Origin: Spirochaetaceae bacterium
Lineage (GTDB): Bacteria > Spirochaetota > Spirochaetia > DSM-2461
NCBI GenBank assembly: GCA_965224705.1
Contig: OZ245056.1
Location: 704,001 to 768,000, forward strand
Direction of reading: 5' to 3'
Length of the DNA: 64,000 bases
The first letter of the stretch is position 1. Every line of letters starts with the position of its first letter. Made by a program: the position numbers and the translations under genes. This document shows positions 9,247 to 20,075 of the stretch, piece by piece. A model generated the notes under the pieces. That model did no database searches and was not told the DNA's origin. It saw only the letters and a program-made list of their open reading frames with translations.

Positions 9247-11638
9247 TTACCTGTGTGTGGATAACGATTTCATCATTCTCCAGATCAGCGACCGCCCTGC
9301 CGCCTGAAGTAAGGGAACCGAAAAGTACCTCATCAACAAAGAATCCCTTAATTTTTTCCTCCACCAGGCGCATGATGTTGCGGGCTCCATACTCAGGGGA
9401 ATACCCCTTCTCGGCAATCCAGCGGACAGCCGCATCAGTGACTGCAAGCTCGACATTCTTTGGTTTCAGCATTTCACGGAATAGATTAATTTCCTTATGG
9501 ACAATACTCTCAACAATTTCCATGCTCAAATGTCCAAACTTAACAACTTTATCGAGTCTGTTTCGAAACTCAGGGGAAAACACTTTTGCGACAGCATCAT
9601 CCATAGCTCCGGAATTTACCTCTCCTCCACCAAATCCAATTTTCGGTTTTCCAATTTCCCGGGCACCGGCATTGGAGGTCATAATAATGATGACATTTCT
9701 GAAATCAGCCTGACGGCCCGTGTTATCTGTCAGGGTTGCATAGTCCATCATTTGAAGAAGAACATTGAAAATATCAGGATGTGCTTTTTCAATCTCATCA
9801 AGCAGCAACACTGCGTGAGGAGTTTTGCGAATGGCTTCTGTAAGCATTCCTCCATCATCATAGCCAACATAGCCTGGAGGAGAACCTATCAGTCGGCTGA
9901 TTGTATGCTTTTCCTGATACTCACTCATATCAAAGCGGTGCAGAGTAATCCCCAATTCCTCAGCAAGACTCCGGGCCAACTCGGTTTTTCCAACACCTGT
10001 GGGTCCCACAAAAAGAAAACTGGCCACTGGCTTGTCTGGTTTGCGGAATCCCGCTCTGGAGCGCTTAATGGCTGTTGTGACATCTTCCACTGCTTCAATT
10101 TGACCAAAGATTCTGGTTTTCAGGGCATCGGTCAGGTGCATGAGTTTGTCGGTTTCACTGGCATTGATTGATTTCTCCGGGATACGGGCAATTTTCGCTA
10201 TAACTTTTTCAATGTCTTTAACGCTGACCACTGGCAGATGCCCATGGGGAGTCTGCACCTGCAGATCGGTGGAGTCAACATTCACTTCGACCAGTTCCTG
10301 ACTGTTCGACGCATCAGTCGGCATTTGAGAATTGGAATCATAATTGCTTTCATCCAGATCCTTCTTCGGCGGTTCGGCTACATCCTCCTGGAGGCGTTTC
10401 CAGGCCCCTGCCTCATCAATTATATCAATTGCCTTATCGGGAAGGTATTTCTCATTGATAAACTGATCGGAAAGATCTATGGCAGCTCTGAGAGCCTCAT
10501 CATCATACGAAACTCCATGATGGGTTTCATAAACCCCTCTCAAACCAAGAAGTATTCGATAAGTTTCATCTGGAGTTGTGGGGGGAACCTCAATTCTTTG
10601 AAATCTCCTTGCCAGAGCATGATCCTTTTCAAAAAACTTGCTGAATTCCTTATGGGTCGTTGAACCGATGCATCGAATTTTTCCTGTCATCAAAGCTGGT
10701 TTAAGAAGATTTGATGCATCCATACTCCCCCCGGAGGTGGCTCCTGCTCCGATAACAGTGTGAATTTCATCGATGAAGAGAATCACATTGCCGCGTTCTT
10801 CCAGCTCAATGAGGATTTTTTTTATCCTTTCTTCAAAGTCTCCCCGATAGCGAGTCCCCGCCAGCAATGCTCCCATATCCAGAGACCATATCCTGGAATT
10901 CTGAAGAAATCCCGGAGCTTCATTATTCGCTATCAGATTGGCCAATCCTTCCGTAACAGCCGTTTTACCAACACCCGGTTCACCTACATGGACTGGATTA
11001 TTCTTCAAGCGCCGACTCAACACCTGCAGGGTTCGCTCAATTATATCTTCACGGCCTGTCAGTATTTCTAATTCTCCTGCTTCAGCTCTGGCTGTAAGAT
11101 CAACGGCATATTTCTCAAGGAAACCTGTTTTCTTCTGCCTGGATGACCTTCCATGGTCTTCTTCATCAACATCCAGGCTGTGTTCATCCTGAGAGTTGTT
11201 ATTTTTCTCATCATCTTCTTCTTCAGGGTGAGAAACAACTTCCAGCAGCCTGATCCGGGTAACGCCTGATTTTCTGAGAAAGTATGAAGTATAGGATTCT
11301 TCCAGATCGAAGAGAGATACCAGTAAATCGGCCGAGGTGATTTCCTCTTTTTCCGCAACAGTTGAGTGGACAACTGCCCTGCTGATAACGGACTCCCATC
11401 CGGCTGTAGGAATGGGATCAGCATCTTTTACAAGTTGTATGTTCTTGAGAAAGAAATCCTTGATTTCTTCCTGTATCTCCCTGGGGCTGGCATCACAGGA
11501 CTCAATAATTTTCCGGGGCCTATCATACTCAAGAGCAACGAACAAAAGATGTTCGGGGGTTAGATACTCATGATTCATTCTTTTCGCAGTTGTATAAGCG
11601 TCTTCGAAAATACCATTCACTTCCAGAGTTGGTTTCAA
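9236..11638 (-). CDS. clpA: ATP-dependent Clp protease ATP-binding subunit ClpA
   Basis: Clp-N domain, two Walker A motifs (GEPGVGKT, GPTGVGKT), IGF loop; lies between clpS and aat. Confidence 0.95.
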   Translation of the reverse strand: MKPTLEVNGIFEDAYTTAKRMNHEYLTPEHLLFVALEYDRPRKIIESCDASPREIQEEIKDFFLKNIQLVKDADPIPTAGWESVISRAVVHSTVAEKEEITSADLLVSLFDLEESYTSYFLRKSGVTRIRLLEVVSHPEEEDDEKNNNSQDEHSLDVDEEDHGRSSRQKKTGFLEKYAVDLTARAEAGELEILTGREDIIERTLQVLSRRLKNNPVHVGEPGVGKTAVTEGLANLIANNEAPGFLQNSRIWSLDMGALLAGTRYRGDFEERIKKILIELEERGNVILFIDEIHTVIGAGATSGGSMDASNLLKPALMTGKIRCIGSTTHKEFSKFFEKDHALARRFQRIEVPPTTPDETYRILLGLRGVYETHHGVSYDDEALRAAIDLSDQFINEKYLPDKAIDIIDEAGAWKRLQEDVAEPPKKDLDESNYDSNSQMPTDASNSQELVEVNVDSTDLQVQTPHGHLPVVSVKDIEKVIAKIARIPEKSINASETDKLMHLTDALKTRIFGQIEAVEDVTTAIKRSRAGFRKPDKPVASFLFVGPTGVGKTELARSLAEELGITLHRFDMSEYQEKHTISRLIGSPPGYVGYDDGGMLTEAIRKTPHAVLLLDEIEKAHPDIFNVLLQMMDYATLTDNTGRQADFRNVIIIMTSNAGAREIGKPKIGFGGGEVNSGAMDDAVAKVFSPEFRNRLDKVVKFGHLSMEIVESIVHKEINLFREMLKPKNVELAVTDAAVRWIAEKGYSPEYGARNIMRLVEEKIKGFFVDEVLFGSLTSGGRAVADLENDEIVIHTQVNAA

Positions 11639-11640
11639 TT

Positions 11641-11958
11641 CTATGCCCTTTCTATAATGCTTTTGAGGGGAAACTCTCGTTTACGTGCAAGCATTTCTAC
11701 CTGAGCAACCTTTGTTTGACCTATGTCGTAAGGATACAAGCCAACTATTCCCCGGCCATTTTTATGAACTTCCATCATGATCCTGGTAGCATCAATGGGA
11801 GACTTATGGAATATCGAAACAAGTACCTCAACAACGAAATCCCTTGTGGTATAATCATCATTCAGGAGGATAACACGCCACATATCCGGTCTCTTTACAT
11901 CATCCCGGACATCTTCAAGTAGATCACCCTCCCCATTATCCCGGAAACTATCATTCAT
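11641..11958 (-). CDS. clpS: Clp protease adaptor ClpS
   Basis: VILLNDDYTTRDFVVEVL...IMMEVHKNGRG...FPLK; start placed at ATG 11958. Confidence 0.96.
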   Translation of the reverse strand: MNDSFRDNGEGDLLEDVRDDVKRPDMWRVILLNDDYTTRDFVVEVLVSIFHKSPIDATRIMMEVHKNGRGIVGLYPYDIGQTKVAQVEMLARKREFPLKSIIERA

Positions 11959-12031
11959 ACTGATATGATAGTACAAATTTCAAGGAAAACAATCAATATT
12001 TTTTGCGATATGCGGCAAAATAATTGGCCCC

Positions 12032-14080
12032 CTATCGCAGAGGCGAAAACATCCCTGATTCACCTCGTCCACTCTTGCCGATGTAATCAACCTGAATTGA
12101 GACTGGAAGGTAGCGTCGTCCATAGCCACTTGACTGAGAGCTTTTCCAGGCGACAGTATAACGCCCGATACCAGTATCCCTTAATTTTTTAACTATAGCG
12201 GCACTTCCTTCAGGCTGAAAGAGGAAACTTGATTCACCGCCTGTTTCCTTTACAATATAATCAAGCTCCCAGCTGACAACGCTGTTACTCTCATACACAG
12301 CATTAAAGATGATACCGTTATTGGCCATGATCCGTGCTGTCTCAACCAACCCGTATGTATCAAATGCAGTAGCGGCTGGCGGGTTGGAAATAAAAGCGAT
12401 GACTGACTTCCTTTTTCTTTCCGGTGCGAGCTGATTAACGGCAAGCCTGAGAGCTTCATCCCAGGGAACACTCCGTGCACCGGATGATGTGAGGGCGATT
12501 TCAGAGAAGACAGCCTCATACACTGAACCTGCCGGTATTTCATGTAGAACAGGTGTTTCCGCAGCCGCAACCAGGGAAAACTCATCACCGGTAACAGCAG
12601 AACTCATCATATCCTCAATACTGTTCAACAGATAATCCACCGATTTCGAATTGCCGGACGAATCAACAACTGCAACAATGGAAACAGAAGAGCTTTTAAA
12701 GGACTGCCAGTCAAGTATGGGTGTTCCAACGAGGTTGTCTCCCTCGAATACAAGGAAGTTACCTGCATTGAGACCTGTCACAGGATTCCCGAATCTATCC
12801 TGTACCGTGAAATCTACAAAAATATCGGGATAGGCATCTGCTCGAACTCTGTTCAGTGTAACATCCAGACCGCCATAGAGAGTTGAGAGAGATGTGAGAA
12901 GTGTCACCCGGTTTGAGCCAAAATCACACACCGCAAGATTGCCATTGTCATCGAAAGACAGTGTGGTAATGCGATGAGAACCTCCGCTGAGAGAAGTCTC
13001 CAGTGAAAGCTCTCCGGATACAGGATTGACTTTGAATATATCTCCGCCATCAGCAATCAGAATGGATTGACCATGCACTGTAAGACCCTCAGGACTTTTT
13101 AATCCCTCAGTGACCAGCGGTCCAAGGTGATTGCCGGAAGTATCAAAGACATCAATCCGTGCAGCCAGAGAATCAGCGACATAGACTCTATCCTCCATGC
13201 ACACAATACCCGATGGTCCCTGAAACCCGGCAAAGCTGCTCCTGGCTTCAATATTCAAGATATGAGTACCATCCAGACGCCATTTGGCCACACGTTTATT
13301 GCCCCAATCGCTTATATAGACGTAAAGGCCATCGGGAGATAAAGCCATGTACTGGGGCCCCAGGAACTGATCGGCACCCACACCAGACTCCCCCCATGAT
13401 TCAACTCTGCTGCCTTTGTTCAAACCTGTGGTGTACATCAGTGATATGCGATCTGCCTGGTACTCGCTGATTAAAAGCCTGCCATCACCGATGGGAAGAA
13501 CATCATACGGCCGATCCAGACCTTCCAGGCCCCCCGTAAAACGATCTCTCAGTGCACCATTAGCGTCGAGAATCACCACCTGTCCACCGGTATACGAACT
13601 GATTACCAGAGAGCCGGATTTGTCTTTCAGGCTCTGAACAGAGGATGAAAGTTTGAATAATGATTTCAGCTCATTTCCGCCCTGAAAAGTGGCAAGAGGA
13701 ATCCATTCATCTTCAGATGGAAACTCATTATCTCCAGAAAGGCGATTCCTCAACTGCTCTGCTCGATGACCGATATAGGCTGAAGTACTTCCTTCTTCAA
13801 TCAGTTCCTCCCAGACTGTAAGAGCAGCATTCTCCATACCTGATTTCCAATAAGCTCTTCCAAGCCACTCCTTTATGGCTGGATCCGTTGGATTCAGGGA
13901 AAGGGCTCTCTCCATTGCAAGAAGTGATTTTCCCGGGAATCCATCATTATAGGCAATAACCCCCCATCGCCATTCATCAAGAGATTTCATTGCCTCATAG
14001 CTTATTTCCTGGGCCTGAATCGCTGCAGCAAAAAAAATCAAGAGAAAAAGCTGATTAATTGTGGACTTTCTTCTTATCAT
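12032..14080 (-). CDS. Exported TPR + NHL beta-propeller + vWA-like protein (resembles spirochaete flagellar collar protein BB0236/TP0421)
   Basis: Signal peptide, TPR, NHL repeats (FLGPQYMA..YISDWGNKRV; GPSGI..VYVADS), C-terminal alpha/beta domain. Orthology is inferred from architecture and size only. Confidence 0.65.
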   Translation of the reverse strand: MIRRKSTINQLFLLIFFAAAIQAQEISYEAMKSLDEWRWGVIAYNDGFPGKSLLAMERALSLNPTDPAIKEWLGRAYWKSGMENAALTVWEELIEEGSTSAYIGHRAEQLRNRLSGDNEFPSEDEWIPLATFQGGNELKSLFKLSSSVQSLKDKSGSLVISSYTGGQVVILDANGALRDRFTGGLEGLDRPYDVLPIGDGRLLISEYQADRISLMYTTGLNKGSRVESWGESGVGADQFLGPQYMALSPDGLYVYISDWGNKRVAKWRLDGTHILNIEARSSFAGFQGPSGIVCMEDRVYVADSLAARIDVFDTSGNHLGPLVTEGLKSPEGLTVHGQSILIADGGDIFKVNPVSGELSLETSLSGGSHRITTLSFDDNGNLAVCDFGSNRVTLLTSLSTLYGGLDVTLNRVRADAYPDIFVDFTVQDRFGNPVTGLNAGNFLVFEGDNLVGTPILDWQSFKSSSVSIVAVVDSSGNSKSVDYLLNSIEDMMSSAVTGDEFSLVAAAETPVLHEIPAGSVYEAVFSEIALTSSGARSVPWDEALRLAVNQLAPERKRKSVIAFISNPPAATAFDTYGLVETARIMANNGIIFNAVYESNSVVSWELDYIVKETGGESSFLFQPEGSAAIVKKLRDTGIGRYTVAWKSSQSSGYGRRYLPVSIQVDYIGKSGRGESGMFSPLR

Positions 14081-14738
14081 TTATCCTGACCGCTTCCAGA
14101 TGATTCCTGATGATTTCGTCGTCAGGGCGTTCCGATATTGCCTCTGTGAGATATCTTACAGCTTCAGAGTTTTTTCCGACACGGAATAATGCCCAACCCA
14201 GGGAATCTTTATATGAAAGATTATCGGGATTCATCTCTACTGCTTTTCGGCAGAGTTTCAATGCAAGATCCAGATCTTTCCCGGAATCTGCAAGTATATA
14301 ACCTAATCCATTAACTGCATTAGAATTATCAATATCCAGCTTCACAGCCTTTTTATAGCTCTCAAACGCAGAATCTTTGAGTTCCAGCCGCCACTGACAA
14401 TACCCAAGAGCAGACCATACCTGTGGAGAATTCATTCCGAGATCGATAATATCATTGAGATACTGCAGTGCCTGTTCAATTTCATTATGTTCTACAAGAA
14501 TCCATGCCAGAAGCATGCGAACTTGATACTGGCGTGCCAGATTAACATCATTCCTGAGAACTTGTTCAAAAAGTCCAACCGCTTCCTCAGTAATCTGAAG
14601 CCTGACATAGCATAAACCCATGTAGTACGCCAGCTCAGAGTCTTCACCCGGATCAGTCTCTTCTTCCAGAAACAGCTTCAGAGCCCTGGAATAGGAGTGT
14701 CCATGGTAAAGCGATTTGCCTTTTTCCCGGGCATTCAC
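14055..14738 (-). CDS. Tetratricopeptide repeat protein
   Basis: Multiple TPR motifs (WSALGYCQ, NGLGYILA, DSLGWALF). Confidence 0.88.
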   Translation of the reverse strand: MNAREKGKSLYHGHSYSRALKLFLEEETDPGEDSELAYYMGLCYVRLQITEEAVGLFEQVLRNDVNLARQYQVRMLLAWILVEHNEIEQALQYLNDIIDLGMNSPQVWSALGYCQWRLELKDSAFESYKKAVKLDIDNSNAVNGLGYILADSGKDLDLALKLCRKAVEMNPDNLSYKDSLGWALFRVGKNSEAVRYLTEAISERPDDEIIRNHLEAVRINDKKKVHN

Positions 14739-14834
14739 ATTGTCCCCCCATACCTGTTCAATATATCAGTTTACATTGTAGTTAGACCAGTTGTTAAGCT
14801 GTATCTGGCTTACATACTGTAGAATATCAGGCTT

Positions 14835-16001
14835 TCATTTCGGGGATTCACCGGGAAGATGGACACGGGAACCTTCTCCAATCCCAAGGGAAAAAACACT
14901 TGCCTTGAACCCAAAGATTCTATCATACTCCTCCAGACATTCCTCATATCTGTCCCGCATCCTTTCATCTATCAATGAAATCGTACAGCCGCCATATCCA
15001 GAGCCAATCATTCTTGAGCCGTAAACACCTTCGGTTTCAATGCCGCGTTTTGCCAGCCAATCCAACTCTGGGCATGAAATCTCCAGATAATCCCTGAGAC
15101 TCTCATGGGAACGAAAAAGAATTCGCCCTGCTGCTTCGTTCATATTGTTTGTCAGTGCATTCCTGAATTCCTGGATTCTCTCATTTTCAGTAACGAAGTG
15201 AAGAACAACTCTCCTGTGACGTTCACTGAGCCCTTCAATTGTGCTGGTAAGATCATCATGCTTCAAACTCTGGAAAAGACTTCCGAACCTGGTTAATCCC
15301 AATGCGGCAGAGCACTCACGGCATGCCGTATTTATTTCGTCTTTTTCATCATCACTCATAGTTTCAGTCACTCGGGAATCAGTTATAATGATGCTTAACG
15401 ATTCTGTTGGGAATGGAATGTATTCAACATCGAGAGATCTCAAATCAATCAGATTCAGTTGGTTCTTCCTGGAGAAATGAGCAGTCATCGGAGAACAGAC
15501 TCCTTGATGAAGTCCCATGAATTTATTCTCAACTGACCTTGCTGTTCCAATTATCTGACCATCATTCAGCCTGAAATCAAAAAGAGGATTCAATGCACAA
15601 ACCGTGGCCACTGTCATAGCCGTTGATGAAGCCAGACCGATACCCATGGGGATCTCACTGAGCAGGGTAATATTGATTCCTTTGAACCTGAAACCCATGC
15701 GAATCAATTCATCAATCACACCCTTGGAGTAATTTGCCCAGCGATCTTCCCGCTTGAATCTCAGGCCATTGATGGTGATCTTTTTCCGTTCTTTGAGATT
15801 CGCAGAGAAGAAACACAGGGAATTATCTTTCCGCCTGGATACTGACACATAAAAACGCCGGTCAACAGCAAAAGAAAGTACATGGCCCCGGCCAAATTCA
15901 CCATGTTCCCCCAGTAATTCAATTCCACCTGGAGCACTTGCGATAACTTCGGGCTCAATACCGTATTCTTCTTTATGATGAGCGGTAATTTGATCAATCA
16001 A
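14835..16001 (-). CDS. Galactokinase-like GHMP-family protein with a divergent active site
   Basis: APG.IELLGEH, PMGIGLASS ATP loop, SHESLRDYLEISCPELD and GSRMIGSGYGGC motifs; catalytic Arg and Asp appear substituted. Confidence 0.85.
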   Translation of the reverse strand: MIDQITAHHKEEYGIEPEVIASAPGGIELLGEHGEFGRGHVLSFAVDRRFYVSVSRRKDNSLCFFSANLKERKKITINGLRFKREDRWANYSKGVIDELIRMGFRFKGINITLLSEIPMGIGLASSTAMTVATVCALNPLFDFRLNDGQIIGTARSVENKFMGLHQGVCSPMTAHFSRKNQLNLIDLRSLDVEYIPFPTESLSIIITDSRVTETMSDDEKDEINTACRECSAALGLTRFGSLFQSLKHDDLTSTIEGLSERHRRVVLHFVTENERIQEFRNALTNNMNEAAGRILFRSHESLRDYLEISCPELDWLAKRGIETEGVYGSRMIGSGYGGCTISLIDERMRDRYEECLEEYDRIFGFKASVFSLGIGEGSRVHLPGESPK

Positions 16002-16072
16002 AAGAATCCGCCACCTTATTCTATATTCGAGTTTATCACGATACCTGGCTGATCAGAATACACGATCAAGTC

Positions 16073-16276
16073 CTACGACTTGATTCCATATTTTCTATTG
16101 AATCTCTCAACACGTCCAGCAGTATCTACAAGTTTCTGCTTGCCTGTGAAAAAGGGATGACAACTGGAACATATCTCAATTTGCATATCTCCAACTGTAG
16201 AAAAAGTTTCAAATGAATTCCCGCAGGCACAACTTACCTTCGCTGTTCTGTATTCTGGATGGATACCATCTTTCAT
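16073..16276 (-). CDS. rpmE: 50S ribosomal protein L31 (Zn-binding type)
   Basis: [39 protein letters not shown]. Confidence 0.99.
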   Translation of the reverse strand: MKDGIHPEYRTAKVSCACGNSFETFSTVGDMQIEICSSCHPFFTGKQKLVDTAGRVERFNRKYGIKS

Positions 16277-16287
16277 ATATTCTACTC

Positions 16288-17976
16288 CTAAAGTTCCCGG
16301 GAACTTGAGGTATTCATTCCCTTCAGGAAGGCCTCATTATTCCTGGTTTTGCACATCTTGTCAACGATCATCTCAGTTGTCTCCAGATCATCCATGGGAC
16401 TCATCACCTTGCGAAGAATCCACATTTTGTTGAGTTCTTCAGATTCAAGGAGTAAATCTTCTTTTCTTGTACTGGATTTCTTAACATTGAATGCTGGATA
16501 AACTCGCTTGTCTGCCAGTCGGCGATCCAGGGAAAGTTCCATATTTCCCGTTCCCTTGAACTCTTCAAAAATCACCTCATCCATGCGGCTTCCCGTTTCA
16601 ATGAGAGCAGTCGCTACAACGGTGAGGCTTCCGCCATTCTCGATATTGCGTGCCGCCCCGAAAAACCTCTTTGGCTTATGCAGTGCATTGGAGTCTACAC
16701 CGCCTGAAAGGATTTTCCCACTCGTCGGTACCGTCTGGTTGTAAGCTCTTGCCAGTCGGGTGATTGAGTCAAGGAGAATCACAACATCTTTTTTGTGTTC
16801 TACCAGACGTCGAGCCTTTTCGATAACCATTTCCGCCACCTGAACATGCCTTGTGGCCTGTTCATCAAAAGTAGAAGCAACAACCTCCCCCTGAACACTG
16901 CGCTGCATATCAGTCACTTCCTCCGGCCGCTCATCAATAAGCAATACAATGAGATACACTTCAGGATGATTTTCCGTGATTGCATTGGCAATTTTCTGAA
17001 GGATGATAGTTTTACCTGATTTCGGTGGGGATACAATGAGACCACGCTGCCCCTTTCCGATTGGACAGAAGAGATTGATTATACGAGTTGATGGGTCACC
17101 AGCTTCTGTTTCCATATTCAAACGCTGTGTTGGATATAATGGCGTAAGATTCTCAAAAGAAACACGGCTCTGAGCCTCCGCTGGATCACTGAAATTGACG
17201 TTAACAACCCGGAGCATTGCAAAGAACCGTTCCCCTTCCTTAGGGGATCTGATTTGACCGTAAACCGTATCACCTGTTCTGAGGTTGAAGAGCCGAATCT
17301 GGCTTGGAGAGATATACACATCATCTGTACCCGGCAAGTACGAATTCTGGGGAGATCGCAGAAATCCATAGCCGTCAGGCAAAATTTCCAATGAACCATA
17401 GGCGTAAATAACGCCGCCCTTATCAATGTGTGCTTTCAAAACCTGGAATATGATTTCCTGTTTCTTCAGGGAAATTGTATTTTCCTTTTTGAGTCCCAGA
17501 TCGGCAGCCAGCAATCGTATATCAGGCATGGACATTTTGGATAAATCATTAATACGGATTTTGGGGGCATCAGGATCGTGCTTCGGTCCCATGATCATAC
17601 GATTATTAGTCTTTTTTCCCTTTCTTCTGCCTCGAAATCCACCATTCCCAGGGGAGACTTTACTGACTTCAGTATCATCCAGAGAAGAGTCTTCACCGGT
17701 GGAATTTTCATCCTCGGGATCTGTTTCAGATTCGACAGATTGTGAATCCCCAATGCTCTCAGATTCACCGGGATCCGATGGCATGGAAACATCAGAAACA
17801 GATTCATCAGCGGGATTATTTTCCTCTGGATTGGCTGTTTCTTCATTGACCGGTGTTTCACCATTAGCTTTGACAACAATAGTCTTCTTTCTTTTTTTCA
17901 ATTCACTTTTGACTTCTGTCTCAGTATCCTGATTATTGAAGTCAAGTTCGTATTGCTTCATTGAGCTTTCAGACAC
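16288..17976 (-). CDS. rho: Transcription termination factor Rho with an acidic N-terminal extension
   Basis: [43 protein letters not shown] and [11 protein letters not shown] motifs. Confidence 0.99.
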   Translation of the reverse strand: MSESSMKQYELDFNNQDTETEVKSELKKRKKTIVVKANGETPVNEETANPEENNPADESVSDVSMPSDPGESESIGDSQSVESETDPEDENSTGEDSSLDDTEVSKVSPGNGGFRGRRKGKKTNNRMIMGPKHDPDAPKIRINDLSKMSMPDIRLLAADLGLKKENTISLKKQEIIFQVLKAHIDKGGVIYAYGSLEILPDGYGFLRSPQNSYLPGTDDVYISPSQIRLFNLRTGDTVYGQIRSPKEGERFFAMLRVVNVNFSDPAEAQSRVSFENLTPLYPTQRLNMETEAGDPSTRIINLFCPIGKGQRGLIVSPPKSGKTIILQKIANAITENHPEVYLIVLLIDERPEEVTDMQRSVQGEVVASTFDEQATRHVQVAEMVIEKARRLVEHKKDVVILLDSITRLARAYNQTVPTSGKILSGGVDSNALHKPKRFFGAARNIENGGSLTVVATALIETGSRMDEVIFEEFKGTGNMELSLDRRLADKRVYPAFNVKKSSTRKEDLLLESEELNKMWILRKVMSPMDDLETTEMIVDKMCKTRNNEAFLKGMNTSSSREL

Positions 17977-18241
17977 ATTTCAATCCTTATATATTGTGTA
18001 ATATAGATTTGATTTTCCTCTCCAACAGGAAATTAATTCAATTCGCATGGTTATTTGATGTGGTTTTCAACTCTCAGTGATACCTGCACTGGGAGGCGGT
18101 ACTAAAAAAACCTGGCTGTGACTCAACAATGTTACTCTCAATGCAATATATATCAGTAATCCACTATGTGTCAAGACATGAGATTCCTCAACAGCCTGTG
18201 AAGAATCTCTATTTCGAAAGAGTCTTACATATCGCACAGTT

Positions 18242-18655
18242 TTATTCGACACGATTCACAGATTTCTTCAACCTATCGGCAGGCATTGAGAAAATATCAA
18301 TACTGTTTGGATCCTCCAGCATCTCACACTGCCCCTGGATACTCGTACCATCAGCAATGATGAGATTGGGACAACTGATATCGCCGATTATTTGACCTCC
18401 GCTGAGAATTTCCAATCTCTTTTCAACCTGAACATTGCCTTTAATCTTCCCGCATACAACCAATGTACCTGCCCTGATATTGGCCGTCACCACCGCATCT
18501 GTATCGACCAGAAGGAATCCCTGAGATTCAACAACCCCATTAAATGTTCCGGAAATTTTCAGAGATTCAGTGAAAAACAGTTTACCGTTGAATTTCGTTT
18601 CACGACCGAAAACCGTTTTGATTCTGCGTGAAAACTGTTCACGCGTGCCAGGCAT
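18242..18655 (-). CDS. Bactofilin (polymer-forming cytoskeletal protein)
   Basis: Beta-helix pattern TVFG.ETKFNGKL...LKISG...G.IKGNV...IIGDI. Confidence 0.9.
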   Translation of the reverse strand: MPGTREQFSRRIKTVFGRETKFNGKLFFTESLKISGTFNGVVESQGFLLVDTDAVVTANIRAGTLVVCGKIKGNVQVEKRLEILSGGQIIGDISCPNLIIADGTSIQGQCEMLEDPNSIDIFSMPADRLKKSVNRVE

Positions 18656-18658
18656 AAG

Positions 18659-18880
18659 TCATTTTGTTGTCATCTCGAATACACCATCCCAATCTCCTGG
18701 TGGAGGATCATCAAGAAAGAGTTTACAACGCTCACAGAACACCTGAGAAGGACCATCTTCCGGATCAAGTTCACAAGCTGAATTGAAATAGCTCAGTGCA
18801 TTGATGAAATCACGTTTCCTGTACAGGTCCCGTCCTTGAGAAAACAGCCGCAATACTTCGCTCTTTGTATCACTTATCAT
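18659..18880 (-). CDS. Small TPR-like protein resembling the C-terminal tail of class III adenylate cyclases
   Basis: DPEDGPSQVFCERC...PPPGDWDGVFEMTTK; ATGA overlap with the upstream gene. Confidence 0.75.
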   Translation of the reverse strand: MISDTKSEVLRLFSQGRDLYRKRDFINALSYFNSACELDPEDGPSQVFCERCKLFLDDPPPGDWDGVFEMTTK

Positions 18881-19608
18881 GGGGAGGATGTCTCCCCATT
18901 ATGCAAACTGTGGAAATGCTCGCGGAACCGATCATCCAATTCACTAAGGGATAATTCAGCTTTCTCCACACCTCCTGTAGACTCCTGCAATTCCTTAACT
19001 TCGTCTTCCAGGCCCCCCAGGGCAGCCAGAGTATGTTCAGTTTCAACCAGAACCTGCTGTTTAAATGACTCAACCGCCCCTGGATCAGCGACATCAAGGT
19101 TCTTTGCCGAATCAATCAAATCAATAACCGGCTGCTTCAAGTGTTCCGTAAAAAAGACTAGAGACTTATTGAGAGAATCTGTGAGGGCTAATCGTTTCTC
19201 TCTAAGTAGAACCTGTCTGGAAAGTTCATGGCTGCGGAGTACAGCACGAATACGAGCGAGAACTTCCGAGAAGTTGAACGGCTTAATTATGTAGTCATCA
19301 ATACCAAGCTCATAACCTTCAATCTTATCCTTCACTGCATCCATGGCGGAGAACATAATTATTGGAATATCCTTAAACGCAGCAAAGGCTTCATCCTCTT
19401 TGAGCATTTTGGTCAGTTCCCAACCAGTCAGGCGCGGCATGATATTGTCTAAAACTATCAAGTCTGGAATATACTTTTTAATCATATCCAGACCCTCTTC
19501 ACCACAAGACGCTGTCAGGATGTGGAAACCCAGGCGGGAAAGCATTGCATCAAAGAGATCCAGATTGATTTGCTCATCATCAATAATGAGGATGGTCTTT
19601 TTATCCAT
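18877..19608 (-). CDS. Response regulator: receiver domain plus helical C-terminal domain
   Basis: ILIIDDE, LDNIMP, FSA and IIKPF motifs; start placed at the TAATG overlap with the HU stop. Confidence 0.88.
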   Translation of the reverse strand: MDKKTILIIDDEQINLDLFDAMLSRLGFHILTASCGEEGLDMIKKYIPDLIVLDNIMPRLTGWELTKMLKEDEAFAAFKDIPIIMFSAMDAVKDKIEGYELGIDDYIIKPFNFSEVLARIRAVLRSHELSRQVLLREKRLALTDSLNKSLVFFTEHLKQPVIDLIDSAKNLDVADPGAVESFKQQVLVETEHTLAALGGLEDEVKELQESTGGVEKAELSLSELDDRFREHFHSLHNGETSSP

Positions 19609-19922
19609 TAATTCCTGAGATCCCATGCCATTTTCTTAAGATCCTTGCCAGGACGAAAGACCGGAACTCCATGTGTCTTAACATGAACTATGGCCCCATT
19701 CCTGGGATTCCTTGCTTTTTCTCTACCCTTTCTGGTACGGATCTCAAATGTTCCCAACCCTCGCAATTCAACAATTCTGTCTTCAGAAAGGCCATCTTTA
19801 ACTTCCTCGAAAAAAGAATCTATAACCCTGTGGATTTCTTTTCGCTGAATTCCTGATTTCTCATAGATATTCTCTATAATCTCAGCCTTGGTTTTCTTTG
19901 AGCGAGCATCATTATTGGCCAT
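19608..19922 (-). CDS. HU/IHF-family DNA-binding protein (Hbb-like)
   Basis: VELRGLGTFEIR.RKGR..ARNPRNG...PVFRPGKDLK; AAGGAGG RBS. Confidence 0.95.
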   Translation of the reverse strand: MANNDARSKKTKAEIIENIYEKSGIQRKEIHRVIDSFFEEVKDGLSEDRIVELRGLGTFEIRTRKGREKARNPRNGAIVHVKTHGVPVFRPGKDLKKMAWDLRN

Positions 19923-20075
19923 TGAAATCCTCCTTATTGACCTCTGTCAAGGACCTGTCCAGAAACTCGTGCACCAGAGCCATACCGTTATTAACAAGTA
20001 TCCAACCTGACTTGTACTCCGGAGATCTTTAGGCTTTCTGCTCGAATACTCTTCCTCGAGACAGGCTCTTTTCCA

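Noticed and set aside
17977..18241. Riboswitch or ncRNA in the rho leader
   Set aside because: No recognisable aptamer consensus; an Rfam scan would be needed.
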